DNA from: Octopus bimaculoides
Taxonomy: Eukaryota
Assembly (NCBI RefSeq): GCF_001194135.2
Contig: NC_068986.1
Coordinates: forward strand, 109,951,243 to 110,008,962
Reading direction: 5' to 3'
DNA: 57,720 bases
Shown: piece by piece, positions 12,408 through 25,657 of the stretch
Layout: the number at the start of each line of letters is the position of its first letter
How positions within the stretch are numbered: position 1 is the first letter of the stretch
Program-made: the position numbers and the translations under genes
The notes under the pieces: generated by a model
What the model saw: the letters and a program-made list of their open reading frames with translations, nothing else
The model's database searches: none
What the model was told of the DNA's origin: nothing

Positions 12408-13657
12408 NNNNNNNNNNNNNNNNNNNNNNNNNNNNNNNNNNNNNNNNNNNNNNNNNNNNNNNNNNNNNNNNNNNNNNNNNNNNNNNNNNNNNNNNNNNNN
12501 NNNNNNNNNNNNNNNNNNNNNNNNNNNNNNNNNNNNNNNNNNNNNNNNNNNNNNNNNNNNNNNNNNNNNNNNNNNNNNNNNNNNNNNNNNNNNNNNNNNN
12601 NNNNNNNNNNNNNNNNNNNNNNNNNNNNNNNNNNNNNNNNNNNNNNNNNNNNNNNNNNNNNNNNNNNNNNNNNNNNNNNNNNNNNNNNNNNNNNNNNNNN
12701 NNNNNNNNNNNNNNNNNNNNNNNNNNNNNNNNNNNNNNNNNNNNNNNNNNNNNNNNNNNNNNNNNNNNNNNNNNNNNNNNNNNNNNNNNNNNNNNNNNNN
12801 NNNNNNNNNNNNNNNNNNNNNNNNNNNNNNNNNNNNNNNNNNNNNNNNNNNNNNNNNNNNNNNNNNNNNNNNNNNNNATATATATATATATATATATATA
12901 TACATAATTATTTATGTACAAGTGTATATTTGTGAGTGTGCATATGTGTACACATACACAAAGCAGTCACTCAGAATTACATATATATTTTCATACGTAT
13001 GCGTATATTTAACTCTCTCTCTCTCACTCTGGATGTTTGTCACCCTCTTGCTTTGTATGAATATATATGTTATCAAAATGAGTTATATAACCGTTGATTA
13101 ACTTCCCAGCAGGGCTATTTTATCCTAAAATAGTTAATGGAGGATCTGTTTTCGTCTGTCATTTTCAGATAAGCATTTGTAAAACGGCAGTGTTATCGTA
13201 AATGGTACTGGAATCTAAAGTTGACTTTGATTAATCTATTCTGTGTGAAGATCTCTTAAATTAAGAAAATGTTATCTTCATACTGCTATTGTTCTATAAG
13301 TAAATTGTGGGATAGCGTTCATTTCGAGAGATGCAGCGAGAATTGGCATTGTCCAAGTACATATCCGGTTAAATGCTTTATATGTTTAAGATAATTGAAT
13401 CTGATAAAAGTGTGTGAGTTAGTGAGTTAGTTAGAAGCTCTGGGAAAGTGAAGTAGAATGTGACCATGTGTTATCATTAAAATTGTTGCCGATTCTGGAT
13501 ATTTAGAGCAACAGATAAGAGTATTACCAGATAAAAGTATTCTCCAATGTTGGTACGTTCATATTTTGTTCATACATACATACACGTATGCATGCATACA
13601 TACACATATATGTATAAACAGTTATATTTTGGGTATATATATATATATATATATATA

Positions 13658-13985
13658 TTCGATTCCCAGACCGGGTGTTGTGAGTGTTTGCTGAGCTAAA
13701 ACACCTAAAGCTCCACGAAGCTCCGGCAGGGGATGGTGGTGAACTCTGCTGTACTCTTTTACCACAACTTTCTCTCACACTTTTGTCCTGTTTCTGTTGT
13801 ACCTGTATGTCAAAGGGCCAACCTTGTCCCACACTGTGTCACTCTGAATCTCCCCTAGAACTACGTTAATGGTACACGTGTCTGTGGACTGCTCAGTCAT
13901 TTACACGTTAATTTCACTGCAGGCTGTTCCGTTGATTAGAACAACTGGAACCCTCGACGTCGAAACCGACGAAGTGCCACAGTCT

Positions 13986-13986
<1 letters not shown>
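13658..13986 (+). mobile_element. tRNA-derived SINE, family C (5'-truncated)
   Basis: Starts at the T-loop-like TTCGATTCCCAGACCGGG. The body is collinear with the inverted copies at 38035-38418 and 44335-44692. Confidence 0.85.
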
Positions 13987-14025
<39 letters not shown>

Positions 14026-14046
14026 NNNNNNNNNNNNNNNNNNNNN

Positions 14047-14091
<45 letters not shown>

Positions 14092-14569
14092 ATTTAGGGA
14101 TGGTCATGTTGCCAGTTTAGCCAATGAAAACACACGCACTATATATTTGCTGTTCACTTGCTTCAGCTGTATTTTATATTAATTGTACCTCGGCCAGAGT
14201 TCTTTTGTCACACTTCTGTGATTTCATCAGTGGTGTTTTGCTTTCTTCTTTCTTTTTTGCCTGTCTCTCCTTACTAAAGATCTGCCATTTTATATTCATA
14301 TTGTATGTGTCTTTATTTGCGCATGCGTATATATATCCTTGTGCGTGTCTATGTTTAGTAAGTGTGTACGTGTGTGGCGGAATGTGCTTCCATTATCGGT
14401 ATCATTTGTTTAATTTTACTTTTATTTATTTTATTCATTTGTTTATATCTACTTACTTTTTTTGCTTTTTTTATTAATTTAATTTAATTTAATTTATTTT
14501 GATTATGTATATAGTTATTTAATTCCATTTATCTCTCTGTGTATTGTATTATATTCATATTATTATCAG

Positions 14570-14760
14570 TTTCTGAGGATCTTATTCTGTCATAGGTTGT
14601 AGTGTGTTGGGGGCGGGGTGTAGGCGTTCCATTCCAGTTTTCTATTCATGTGAGGTTTATCTTCTATTATGTGTGTAGCTTCCGTAATTTGCCTAAGTGT
14701 TGCGTCTGTTCTATGTGCGGACAAGATTTTAACATCTATGTTGTTGAGTGAGCCCCCGAG
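14570..14760 (-). mobile_element. Penelope-like element 3' fragment (GIY-YIG C-terminus)
   Basis: VKILSAHRTDATLRQITEATHIIEDKPHMNRKLEW fits the R..EA..I....P..N end of Penelope GIY-YIG domains. Confidence 0.7.
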
Positions 14761-14762
14761 TG

Positions 14763-14808
<46 letters not shown>

Positions 14809-15566
14809 CATGTATAAATTTCCGATTTTTATTTACAATAAAGCGATAAATTATAGAACGCAATACGTACATTTATAGTTTTCTTTAATGCATAATAACT
14901 GAAACGACGGCTTCAATATGGTCGTACTCTGAGTTTCCCTTCTTCCTAATTTTTAGCAGTTTGTCCGAACCTGACTTCTCTAGGTTTGCCTCGTGTTTTA
15001 ACACATTTGAATTACTAATATTATTTTAAACCTGTCAATGAATTTCACATTTAAACTTCATGTCACTTCGAGAACGTCCCTCTCATGGAAGTGTGTTGCT
15101 GTTTAAGCAATTTTAAAATATATTAAAAAAAAAAAGCACTTTAAAACCGTGGTTTTTGTCTCTGAATCAAAATGACTGGTTCTTGCACAAAATATACTTA
15201 GTACCATGCAGACAATGTGCTAACAATTCTATTCTTTTGTACAAACCATTACTTTCTCGAAACAAAATCTAGAATATTTCACCCAAAAGGTACATTGCTG
15301 TTTCTGTAGGGTTGAGTCTTATCTAAAATTGACCAAATAATTTTGAATTCATGAGAACTAGTCTCACTAAAATAAATTTTGACGAAACCGTGACGCATTT
15401 TTAATCGAGGCTGACAAATGAATGCTTTTGCTCATAAAGTCTATTTTGAATGTTAAGTTAGTTACCCCATTATATACTTTCGGCTCATATCGCTGGTTTG
15501 TTTTTGCCTATGTTCTGTATATCATCGAATTTGTCAAATATCTACCCTCTAGATGGTAATTCTCAC

Positions 15567-15645
15567 AAATTTTGAAGTTGTATGATTTGCCTCCTGTTTG
15601 CCTCTCCGTTTCATTCGGTGTTGCTGGATTATAATTTTTAAATAA
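15567..15645 (-). CDS. Candidate internal exon of an unidentified host gene (LFKNYNPATPNETERQTGGKSYNFKI)
   Basis: GCTAAT branch-like site plus TTTTCAG acceptor, GTGAGA donor, 79 nt open. Its phase-0 start is compatible with the 16046-16143 exon. Confidence 0.3.
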
Positions 15646-16045
15646 CTGAAAATTTTATTAGCTGAGTAACTAACCTTAACTCATTTCCTATATCTATTTC
15701 CATACTTATGCCCTGGCGGAAAATGATAATCTATTAGATTAAGTAATTTCTTAGCCAAGTTAGTTCTTACTGCTAATTTAAATATTCATTTTCCTCCTTT
15801 TTACATATATAAACTTAGAGGAATCCACTATTCATGAGTACTTTATTGTAAATCAAACCTAGCTCATGAAAGCATCTTTATAATAAGATATCGAGGATAA
15901 CCATTTACTTTCTCAACCCAATTACTTAAGGTGCTGGGCGCGTGATTTGATTGTCTATTTATATACTCTCATTACATTCGAAAAAGGAACCTATATTTTT
16001 AAAGTAAAGATAATATCGTCTTTATCCATTCGGTCATTGACTCAC

Positions 16046-16143
16046 TACTACAGGATTTTCCCCGAAGTTTGTAAACTGAAGTTCCATTTGCGAACCTTGT
16101 CTGCCATTATGTACAAAATCAGCAACGATGCACTTAATGACGA
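16046..16143 (-). CDS. Candidate internal exon of an unidentified host gene (VIKCIVADFVHNGRQGSQMELQFTNFGENPVV)
   Basis: Strong acceptor TTTTGTTTGATATTTTAG and donor GTGAGT. 98 nt, with one frame open throughout (phase 1 to 0), in non-repetitive sequence. Confidence 0.4.
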
Positions 16144-16615
16144 CTAAAATATCAAACAAAATGAAACATAGTGTAGCTGTAAATATAGAAAAATCTTTCA
16201 GCTCTTAACATACGTTTCATATTATTTTGAAGTGTTTTGGAAAATTTTATACAAGTTTATAAAAATTTATGAACTTTTTTAGATATGTTTTTGTGAGAAT
16301 CTGAAGTTCTCTGAAGAACTGCTTTTGAAGTTTTTGAAGTCTTATGAAATAAAATTACTATTTATTTTGTTTTTAGAAAACAATTGCAGTCAGTCTTCAT
16401 CATTTTACCATTGCAACAAAAAATTTCATGCAACTCTGATATTTAGTCAAAGATAAGGAAGAGATTATATATATATATATATATACATATATATACACGC
16501 ACGCACACACACACGCGCACACTCACACACACACACACACACACTCACGCACACACACACGCNNNNNNNNNNNNNNNNNNNNNNNNNNNNNNNNNNNNNN
16601 NNNNNNNNNNNNNNN

Positions 16616-16674
<59 letters not shown>

Positions 16675-16744
16675 GGTCTTTCTTCTGAAAATTACTAAAT
16701 ACTGTTTTTAAGTATAAAGGGGATATTAACAAAAAATTTTTTTG

Positions 16745-17850
16745 TCAAAATTATTACACCTTTTATCAGGATGGTACTAACCTTTTTCGAAGAAGCTTTT
16801 TTTTCCTAGTCTGTGCGACCGCTTTCGATTAATCATTACAGACACACGTGCTCTTGGTTAATGTATGAAAGGGGAAGTTGTTATTATTGTTGATGTGGTT
16901 GTATTCAGTATTTTCAGTTTATTTTCGGACTTGGAGGTTTTCAAGAATTCTTCTTCCTTTGTCTTTCATAGATAGTCATAATTCTTTTACCATTGTTTAA
17001 CGTATGGAATGTAGATTATTTTCGGTTTAATTTTGGATTTAGAATTCTTATAAAGTATTCTTCCTTTGCCTTTCGTAGTTGAACATTTTCATTCTTTATT
17101 TTGTAAAATGGTGAGATGTAAAATGCACAGATGTCTAGCTGTTCACTGCATGGGACATTCCTAAAAGATGACTCCCTAATTTGTTGTTTATGCACATTTA
17201 CACGACTCGTCTGTTTCCTTTCTATCTCTCTAATGTAGTTTACTTTGCATTGTGGGTAAGTGATGTAGTAGATGAAATTGTTTTGTTTTACAATTCATGT
17301 TTGTATTCACTTTTAATTCCATTCCATTCTTGAATCTTTTGGCTGTCCCTTGCTCAGTTAATTCAAATGTCCCACAACGGAGGTCTTCACGGTTAGTTAT
17401 TTGCAAGGTTTCTTTTTCAAATGTGAATCTCGCCTTTGTTAGAAATCTCCTGAGGTTAAGTGGTTGTCTTCGACTGTTGATAATTTGCGATTTTTTAATG
17501 ATTTGTTGGGGATTTGGTGATTGATGTAGAATTTGGAGGTATCGTTCGGCTGAATGCATGATGTTGTGGCTTCTACGATTGTGAGGGATTACAAATGGAA
17601 CATTTGGATTTGTATTTTTGTTTTATTTTTGTTTTCACAATTACCCTGAGTGTTTATCCGTAAGGTAGAAATCGGGATTCCCTTTGCTTTTGTCAAGGCA
17701 TATTGAAATACCTTGTTGCGGTATTTTTTCTTCTGAAGGAATATATTAAGTTCTGTCAGTCGTTTCTCTCGTCTAACGGCGTCTGCCTATTGAATACATG
17801 CGCATTGCCATATTAAATGGTATGAAGAGTGGCAAGATCTAAAATCTAAA
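16745..17850 (-). mobile_element. Decayed Penelope-like element (RT thumb, linker, GIY-YIG)
   Basis: RRQPLNLRRFLTKARF, DLRCGT, MNCKTK, FIYYITYPQCKVNYI and EEYFIRILNPKLN occur in broken frames. Confidence 0.85.
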
Positions 17851-17886
17851 TATTGGTGTTTGCCTGCGTTTTGTGGTAGAGGTCAG

Positions 17887-17957
<71 letters not shown>

Positions 17958-18119
17958 TGTATATATAGCAAATGAGAAAATGGAGAGGATGCAAAAACGA
18001 CATATATCAGCCGGTAGACATTCTAGTATGTCTATTTATTCAAAAGTATTAGAAGAATCCATACGTCTCTAACTCACAGAAATATATGTATATATGTATA
18101 TAAGTATATATATATTATA

Positions 18120-20399
18120 AATCCCGTGATTAATTTCCTCCCGTGGTTTGCCCGTCTTTCTTTCACAGGATGCACAAGTAATAATGGTAGGCAAGACCAA
18201 TGGACTTTATACGTACCAGACTTGTTCGGCGACCTCTTAGCAAGCGTTTACAGCAACTGCAAGAGAGCGGTGGTGTTTCTGAGAAAAATCCGAACAAGGG
18301 GACTGTATTGACAACTTTAGACCCATATCGCTGCTGAATACAGAGTACAAAATTTTGGCCAAGGTATTAGCAACAACGTTGGTCGATGTTCTGGTAGGGG
18401 ATGCATCCAGGAAACGTCCACCTCGTGCGATACATCATTCAGAAAATGGCTAAAGAACCTGGCACGAGTGGGACCTTGATCAGTTTAGATCAGTCTAAAG
18501 CCTTCGATCGGGTCGACCATCTATACTTGGCGGCGGTCCTCAAGGCAGCTGATTTAAAGCCTTTATTCAAGGGCTGGATCTCTGCAATGCACAGCGACAT
18601 CTGTTCAATGGCCAGAGTGAACAGTCACCTCTCAGAGCCGTTCAGTATCATGCGCTCAATCCGGCAAGATTTCCCCCTCTCGTCACTCTTATACGTACTG
18701 ACCCTCGAGCCACTACTACACAAGCTGGAGACATTGAAGGGTATCCCGCGTGATCTAGGATGTGGGAGATGTGTGTCAGCATATGCCACCGACGTCACTG
18801 TAGTGGTGTCGTAACATAAACAGATGAAAATGGTCGGCACCGCTCACAAGGACTACAAGTCGGTATCAAGAGCGACTGTTAACCAGGAAAAATCAGTGGA
18901 ATTGCAGCTCGGCATCTGGAGAAGCTAGAAGCTAGTGTATGCCGTCCAACTGTGTCATAGGGCGCTGGACGACCGACCGGTTAAATAGCTTGGCGTCTAC
19001 TTTGGTCCGTATCTCCAGATGGACAAAAACCGGTACGAGGTAACGAGCTGGGTGATTACTCCTACCTAGAAATAGGCCGAGAGGAAGCTATCTTTTAAAG
19101 GTCAGCAGAGGTGGCTAACGCGTACATCGTGTCCGTCATCTGCTACCGCTTGACCGTTGTGCTTTGTTGCGGCCACCGTCTGATTACTTTGGAGCGTATA
19201 CTTTTTCTCTTCTTGTGGAAGGCACGCGTCCCAATGATCAGGCAGTCTATGTGCTGTCAGTACCCGCTGTGTGGTGGCTTGAGCATGCCGTGGTTGTTGA
19301 TACGCAGACATGCGCTGATGATACGACATCTCCAGTGCTTCCTTTACGGTGAACAGGTGTAATCACTTTTCGCTAGACAAGTATTTCCCCTGCTAATTTC
19401 TTTAACGGAACTGTAGTCCTGGGTAAAATAGAAACCGACAGAAGCCATTTGGAAAGTGGAATATCTTCAAGCGCTCACACACCTCAGTCAGTCGGACACT
19501 GCGATTGGTGGAATGTCCACTTTAGCTTTCTATAGAGGATTAGTAAAGGGAAAGTGCGACGACGTTCTTGGTGAGACATTGGGCGTCAAAGAAGATCAGC
19601 TACACGCACTTTTCTGGAGAATTTTCAGCCTGGGACCAATGGATAACTTCCAAATATCTCTGGCCTGACAGTGCTACCGGGCAGCTTTGCCTGTTCGAGA
19701 TATACTATGCAGGCACGGAAGTGGCATCAGCCGAGCATGTCTGAGATGCGCTCAGGACGACGAGACGGTCCAACACGCACTCGTCCAGAGCCCAAGCATT
19801 GCTGACCTGTGGGTTTATATCGAACACGTGCAGTCGTGTGTAGGACGGATCCAGCTGTAAACTGAATCCACCGTGAAGATCGTGCCGCTACCTTCCTTTA
19901 GCCGGGAAGAAAAGGTTGTTTGTATATGCCTGGTGGTCATTGCCGAAAGTGGTTGAATGGTGGACGAGATTGGAGAGACTGAAGACAAACACTTTTCTCT
20001 TTGGCAAATCCCTGATCAACTTCTTCGAATTTCACTTGAAAAGGAAAATAAGGGAAGAGTTAGAAATGTTGTCTTCCAACCAATTTGTTGTAATTGTGGA
20101 CGAAAGTAATGGAAATGGCGCAAGTGAACGGGTCTGCCCTGAGCAGACGACTGTAGTTGGAGAAAAGGAAAGGAAAAGAGGCACTTGCCCCCAAAAGTAA
20201 CCATGGTTTTTATGGGATTTTTCTACGAGCAGCCCTCGAACGTCTCCTCCATATAAGGGATTACATATTGTTGATTTTTTTCTGTTTCAAAACCCTCACA
20301 ACACACACTTACACACATACGCACACACATTCTTTATTTTCTCCTCTATTGTACATGATGTTTTTCTTAATGTATACCCTTTGTGGTTAATAAAGAAAT
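18120..20399 (+). mobile_element. 5'-truncated L1-Tx1-type LINE (RT to 3' end)
   Basis: LDQSKAFDRVDHLYL, SIRQDFPLSSLLYVLTLEPLL and YATD(V). C-terminal CLRCAQDDETVQHALVQ(S) zinc-finger remnant. Ends GTGGTTAATAAAGAAAT. Homologous to 1950-3620. Confidence 0.9.
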
Positions 20400-20467
20400 C
20401 ATTACTATTATTACTACTATTACTATTATTATTATTATTATTATTATTATTATCATTATTATTATTG

Positions 20468-20545
<78 letters not shown>
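20400..20545. repeat. Compound (ATT)n-(AGC)n-(AGT)n microsatellite at the LINE 3' end
   Basis: Directly visible. Confidence 0.95.
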
Positions 20546-22299
20546 TGGGGTCATATGATGTAACAATGCGTCACTGCATCCATTATTTATTGTTGATTCC
20601 CTTCAACTCCTGGTGGATGACACCTTTGCACCACCCAGGCATCAATCTTCTAACCCATCGGTCTATGTGGATAGTTGTTGTTGATGAGAGTAATATAATA
20701 CAGTAATATTGTATATACAATGTGTAATAACTAGATTATAAGGAAGATTTGATTGCTATTTCTGGTAGTGAGAGAAACCATGTAGAGGCTCTCAGGCCTA
20801 CTCGCCAGCTAATTATATTGGTTCACAAGTGGTGTGTATTAATGGCTTTCGGCAAGAATATTTAGTTGTGCTCAATCAAATTAAATTGATTAGCAATTTA
20901 TCAGTAAACATCTGCAACATTAGTCTTTCTAAATATTTCACCGTTCCTTCTTATCACTTCACGTCTTGCCAGCAGACATTGCACTAATCCGTTTACATTT
21001 TCGCAACTTTCAACAATACAAAATGTCCCTTATCACTGTCTCATGATTTCCTATTTACTCTTTGACACGTCCATATTTGGAAACGTAACCATGGCTAGAT
21101 TAAACAATCCGTTTCTATGACTCGAAATGTGAGAACCTCTACATGCTACCCTTGCTTGCTAGAAATTTCAACTAAATCTCCATCTTTCACCAGTTTTGTG
21201 TGTTATATATGACACAGAAGACATGTTTCCCAGTGTCCATCCATCATATGCGATATTCATTCCCAATTTATTTCAATTATCAGAGTAACTTGGGACTTAT
21301 GACAGGAGCGCTTTATATTACTGAGAATGTATGAAACAACGGCTAATAGAAAATCTAAAACCAAGTATGGACGTTTTATATACACACACACACATATACG
21401 TGCGGTGTGTGTATGCATGTGTATGTGTGTGTATGTATGTATATATGTAAGTATCTATGTGTGGGATGTATGAGGGTGTTGATGGGTGAGTGTGTAGGTA
21501 AGACATTGTCAAGCATTTATCAACTCATGTCAAGAAATGCGATTCAAAGATTATCGTAGCTCGTCAGACAATTATAAAGAAAACCTGACTGGCTCTGAGT
21601 GACTCTCTGAACATGCTAGGCAAGCTATTAATGCCAAATCCATTCAATTTGTACCGGAACAATCCAGATGTAAAACTCATTTCCCATTGTACTTGATATT
21701 AGCAATGTTGCCAATTATTCAGGAGCGTTTTTAGCTCAATTAAGCTCACTTCTGTCCCTTCTCAAAATCTACTGCTGAAACTAGTTGTACACATTTATGT
21801 TGCTGATGTCGCTATAGAATTTGAATGTGCCAAAAGTCTGTAACAGCACAAAGCTGTCAACATTCTTATATTTCCACTGATCAAAGCTATTATGATTTTG
21901 TCTGGTTGTGCTGAGAGAAAAGATGTTTTTGTTCCATGTATTTTCCTCATGCCATTAAGTGCTTTCAATTCCAGTAAAATGGTCTTTTTCTATGACCACC
22001 AAAAGCGTTTCAGCGATACTTACTCGAGGTGGTTGGAGCTGTTGAACTGTTCATCGTTATTACAATATTTTTGTCCAGACTAGCAGTTTTTTGAGACCAG
22101 TTTTTTCACGAGAGAACCAAACCCCTCAATACCGAACCCCTACCACATAACAATACACTACACCAATACATTAATACTACATACGACTCTAGAGTACCTT
22201 ATTCTACTCTACTGGACACAGCTGAATCATTGCGATCATAGCTTTACTTAAAACAGAGTTTCCTGTGGTTAAACAATTAGAGAATCAATGCCACCATCC

Positions 22300-22560
22300 C
22301 TCCACCAACAACTGCAACATTATGAGCTATTGAAGGAGTCACCTTGAAATCTCCGGTTGCTAGAAACGGTTGTTATATCTCCCTCAGATCACCCTCTGCC
22401 ATCATAGAAAAGGTAGGGACTGACTGAATAATGAAATCCTTTTGAATCAGACAAAGAATGGATGGTCCCAAATTGTCTTTGTACGTCTGATCGTTCTTTG
22501 TTGCCCTAAAGCTGAGCAACAACAACGTCAACAACTACAGCAGCAGCAGCAGCTTAACAA
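22300..22560 (+). mobile_element. Interspersed repeat, SINE-like family E with a (CAA)n tail
   Basis: Shares GCTAGAAA..CAGCCAAATCTCCCTCA-like and GGATGGTC blocks with 22685-22860 and 33450-33670; ends in CAA repeats. Confidence 0.55.
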
Positions 22561-22684
22561 CAAAATAACATTAAAGACAACAACGTTAGCGACAACAGAT
22601 ACAGTGATGACGACAACAATGATGATGAGAGGACGATAATGTAAACAGAAAGCAACAACAAAAAATAACACCAAGAATATGGAA

Positions 22685-22860
22685 TATCACTGCTATTCGA
22701 GCCAGTTAGAAATAGCAGCCAAATTGACCTCAAAGGCAAGACATACTGTAGAATTCAGTTCGGGATACTGAATAAAAGACAAAGGAGCGGGATGGTCACG
22801 GATGTATATCTTTGATCATATGTCTGGTCATGGTTGACAGGAGATTGACAACATCACCAT
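22685..22860 (+). mobile_element. SINE-like family E copy
   Basis: TAGAAATAGCAGCCAAAT...GGGATGGTCACGG...CTTTGATCATA. Confidence 0.55.
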
Positions 22861-23849
22861 CAACACTAATGTCTTGTGCTATTTAATGTGGTCCGTGGTG
22901 AACTGTGTCTAGGAAAGGAACGGCTTGGCTACCTCTAGAAATTCTGTGAACCTTATTGTGCTAGATTAGGATTAACCTAGGGTTTAACACAGCAGTAACA
23001 GCAACGGAAACAGTCTCTTGTGGTGCACAGTGAAAAGAAACCATCGTCTCTCCTCCCCCACCCCGTTCTGCTCACGATAACAGTATAAATGTTATTCAGC
23101 TTATTTTCTTCCAGAAACTTCTTTCTACGCAAAACATTCCTGGAATTACAACTTGAAACAAAACTTCGAAATTCCAAGAGGCTGGCTATTAATCCATCAG
23201 TTGTATTTTTCCTCGACATTTTTCGTTCGCTCGTAGAATTTATAAGGGGGAAAAAAAGCGAAAGGTAAAAAGAATAAAAAGAAAATAAAGATAAATAAAT
23301 AAATGAATAAGAAACACCAAAGAAACAACCTAAAAAAAAAAAAAAAAAATGAAAAGAGAAAAAGGAAAAAGCAAAACCTGATAGGAATGACCAGAATTAT
23401 AAGGGTACAATTATTTGTGGTTTAGTGTATGATACGATTTATCTTTATCTAACGTTCGGAATACAACGAGCATAAACAGCTTCTTATCAGGTTTCAACAG
23501 AGTCGAAAATCAGAGCTGAATCGAATAAGAGAAGCATAAATAACTTGATGCCCACTCATTGTCAGAATTACCAATCTCAGCTATCCTTGGCACCAGAAAT
23601 TATTTCTTAAAATGCCAAGTTGTTGGAGTTAAAACTAGTATAAATGGTGTTGCTGATGCAGACTGAAACGAAATCTACATTCGCTGTTTGAAACGTTTAA
23701 CTTTGCTTGTTTCTCTTACACACACGTACACACAGAGCGAAAGAGAAAGGTTTTGTATTATTTCGGTTTAGTCTTTTATTTTCTTCTCTTCTAATGATAC
23801 TTTTGTTTTTTAATGGAAATTAAATTTAATAATTATAGGCAATTGTAAA

Positions 23850-24065
23850 GCAGTGAGCTGGCAGAATCGTCTGCACGCCGGAAAAAAAACCTCTTAGCAG
23901 TATTTCGTTGGTCTTTACGTTCTGAGTTGAAATTCTACTGACTTTGCTTTTGACCCTTTCGGTTTCAATAAAACAAGTACCAGTTGAGCACTGTCTTCAA
24001 TGTGATCGACTTACCCCATCCTCTGAAATCGCTGGACCTTGTAGCAAAGTTTGAAACCAATAATT
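23850..24065 (+). mobile_element. SINE family A (tail type A2)
   Basis: GAGCTGGCAGAATCG head, GTTCTGAGTTGAAATTC; tail GAAATCGCTGGACCTTGTAGCAAAGTTTGAAACC. Confidence 0.8.
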
Positions 24066-24129
24066 ATAGGCCCTCGTATATTTACATATATGCAGACACG
24101 GATGTATGCAAATACACTCACTTTTGTAT

Positions 24130-24425
24130 ATCTCTCTTTCTTGCTGGTTTCAGACATGGGACCGTGGCCATGTCGGAACACTGGTTCGAAGGGTTTCACT
24201 GAATAGATCGAACCCAGTAAATATTTTATTAAAACTCTGGTGATTACTCAATGCGTTGCTTTTATTAAACTGCTAAGTCAAGGGGACGTAAACAAACCAA
24301 CAACGTCTTATATACATATATGTATATGAATATGCGCGAACGCACAGACACACACACATATATATATGCATACACACGACGGGCTTCTACACAGTTTCCG
24401 CCTACCAAATCCACTCAACCGATTT
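24130..24425 (-). mobile_element. SINE family B (partial)
   Basis: ACGACGGGCTTCT..CAGTTTCCGCCTACCAAATCCACTCA and GGGGACGTAAAC blocks. Confidence 0.75.
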
Positions 24426-24452
24426 CTCCATTAATCATTCGATCAAATAGTT

Positions 24453-24485
<33 letters not shown>

Positions 24486-25199
24486 GCTGGTTACTCAGAG
24501 TATTTTTCGTCACATGCTTTCATTACACCAGGGTGTCTCCACACTTTTATTACTCCAGTTATTCTTTTAGGAATGCGTACGAGCATAACAGTGTGTGTGT
24601 GTGTGTGTGTATGAGTATTTATGCGCCTATGATGGTGAGTGTGTGAGAGGCCTTGTATGGTTCGTTGATTTTTTTGATGGGTGGTATCTCTGAGTATACT
24701 TAGTGTGTGTGTGTGCGTACGTGCGTGTGCGTACGTGCGTGTGCGTACGTGCGTGTGCGCACAGGGTTCTACTTCTAGCTTCCTTTATTACTTTTTGACA
24801 GATTGTATTCTCAGTTTACGACTGTCTTTACCGTTAATTCTTATCTCATATCAACAAGAAAATGAATATAAATTGAATATAAATTGAATATAAAATGAAT
24901 ATAAATGAATATAAAGAAACAAAATATAAATGAGTCACCCCAGAAGACTGAGGCACTTCTAAAGAGAATGCAAAGAAATTTTCTTCTTCGGGCCATGCAC
25001 AATAAATTCGATTTCAACACCCAGAAAAATGATAATCTGAAAACAATCTATTGGAGCCTTCCAAACTGGATCATTTTATCGCAATTAGAATATGACAGTT
25101 TACTAAGGTTTAAAAGAAAACTTAATAACTGCATTCTAAGGAGATTTTGGTCCATCACCCCACCCCAAAAGAATTAGTATGAAATTAACTAATTGTCGC

Positions 25200-25400
25200 T
25201 AATATAAGTTTAAACCCAGCAGTTTTGAGGGGAGTTACTCGATTTCATCTACTCCAGTACTATACCTTTAAGTTATAAAAGCCTCGAAGGAAAAAAAACT
25301 GGAAAAATTGATCTCGGCGGGATTTGCCCTTAGAACACAAATAGCAACAGAATGCGCATGTCACTTTATTTGACGTTGTAACAATTTTGCGAGGTCGCCG
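25200..25400 (-). mobile_element. Degenerate SINE family A (A2)
   Basis: GATCTCGGCGGGATTTG..AGAAC and CAGCAGTTTTGAGGGGAG blocks. Confidence 0.6.
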
Positions 25401-25620
25401 CCTTATTTGACAGAATTAATAATAAATCTCAAGATGGTATTTAATTCCATTGTTTTTAGAAGCTAATAGCTTCTAAGTTAGAAACTTAGCGCAATTGGGA
25501 TGTTCAGCTTCACTAAGAATTTATTTTACATTTAATAATCACAAACAAATCACATTAAAAATCCAATTAGTATATTAATAGATGAAGCAAAAAGTGAATG
25601 AAGTATAGTAAATAAACATA

Positions 25621-25657
25621 GCCGCAGGAGTGGCGGTGTGGTAAGGAGTTTGCTTAC
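25621..25657 (+). mobile_element. SINE family B head, left part, interrupted by an insertion
   Basis: GCCGCAGGAGTGGCGGTGTGGTAAGGAGTTTGCTTAC; the SINE resumes at 27086. Confidence 0.75.

Noticed and set aside
14958-14984. Plus-strand micro-exon VCPNLTSL (LRR-like)
   Set aside because: Too short, weak donor, no partner exons; similar splice-like matches (e.g. 472-510, 28006-28029, 31868-31927, 39783) are expected by chance in AT-rich DNA.
22270-22520. Apparent minus-strand exons (TGDFKVTPSIAHNVAVVGGGMVALIL* and GNKERSDVQRQFG..)
   Set aside because: They largely overlap the antisense of a family E repeat copy that recurs at 22685 and 33450.
22977-23219. 80-aa ORF MSRKNTTDG..CYCCVKP
   Set aside because: No recognisable motif; an equally plausible open frame exists on the opposite strand; no support either way.
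24940-25180. ORF 24905..25177 as a gene
   Set aside because: Its start lies in an 11-bp AT repeat. The remainder weakly resembles a Penelope N-terminal region (LSQLEYDSLL), but too weakly to call.
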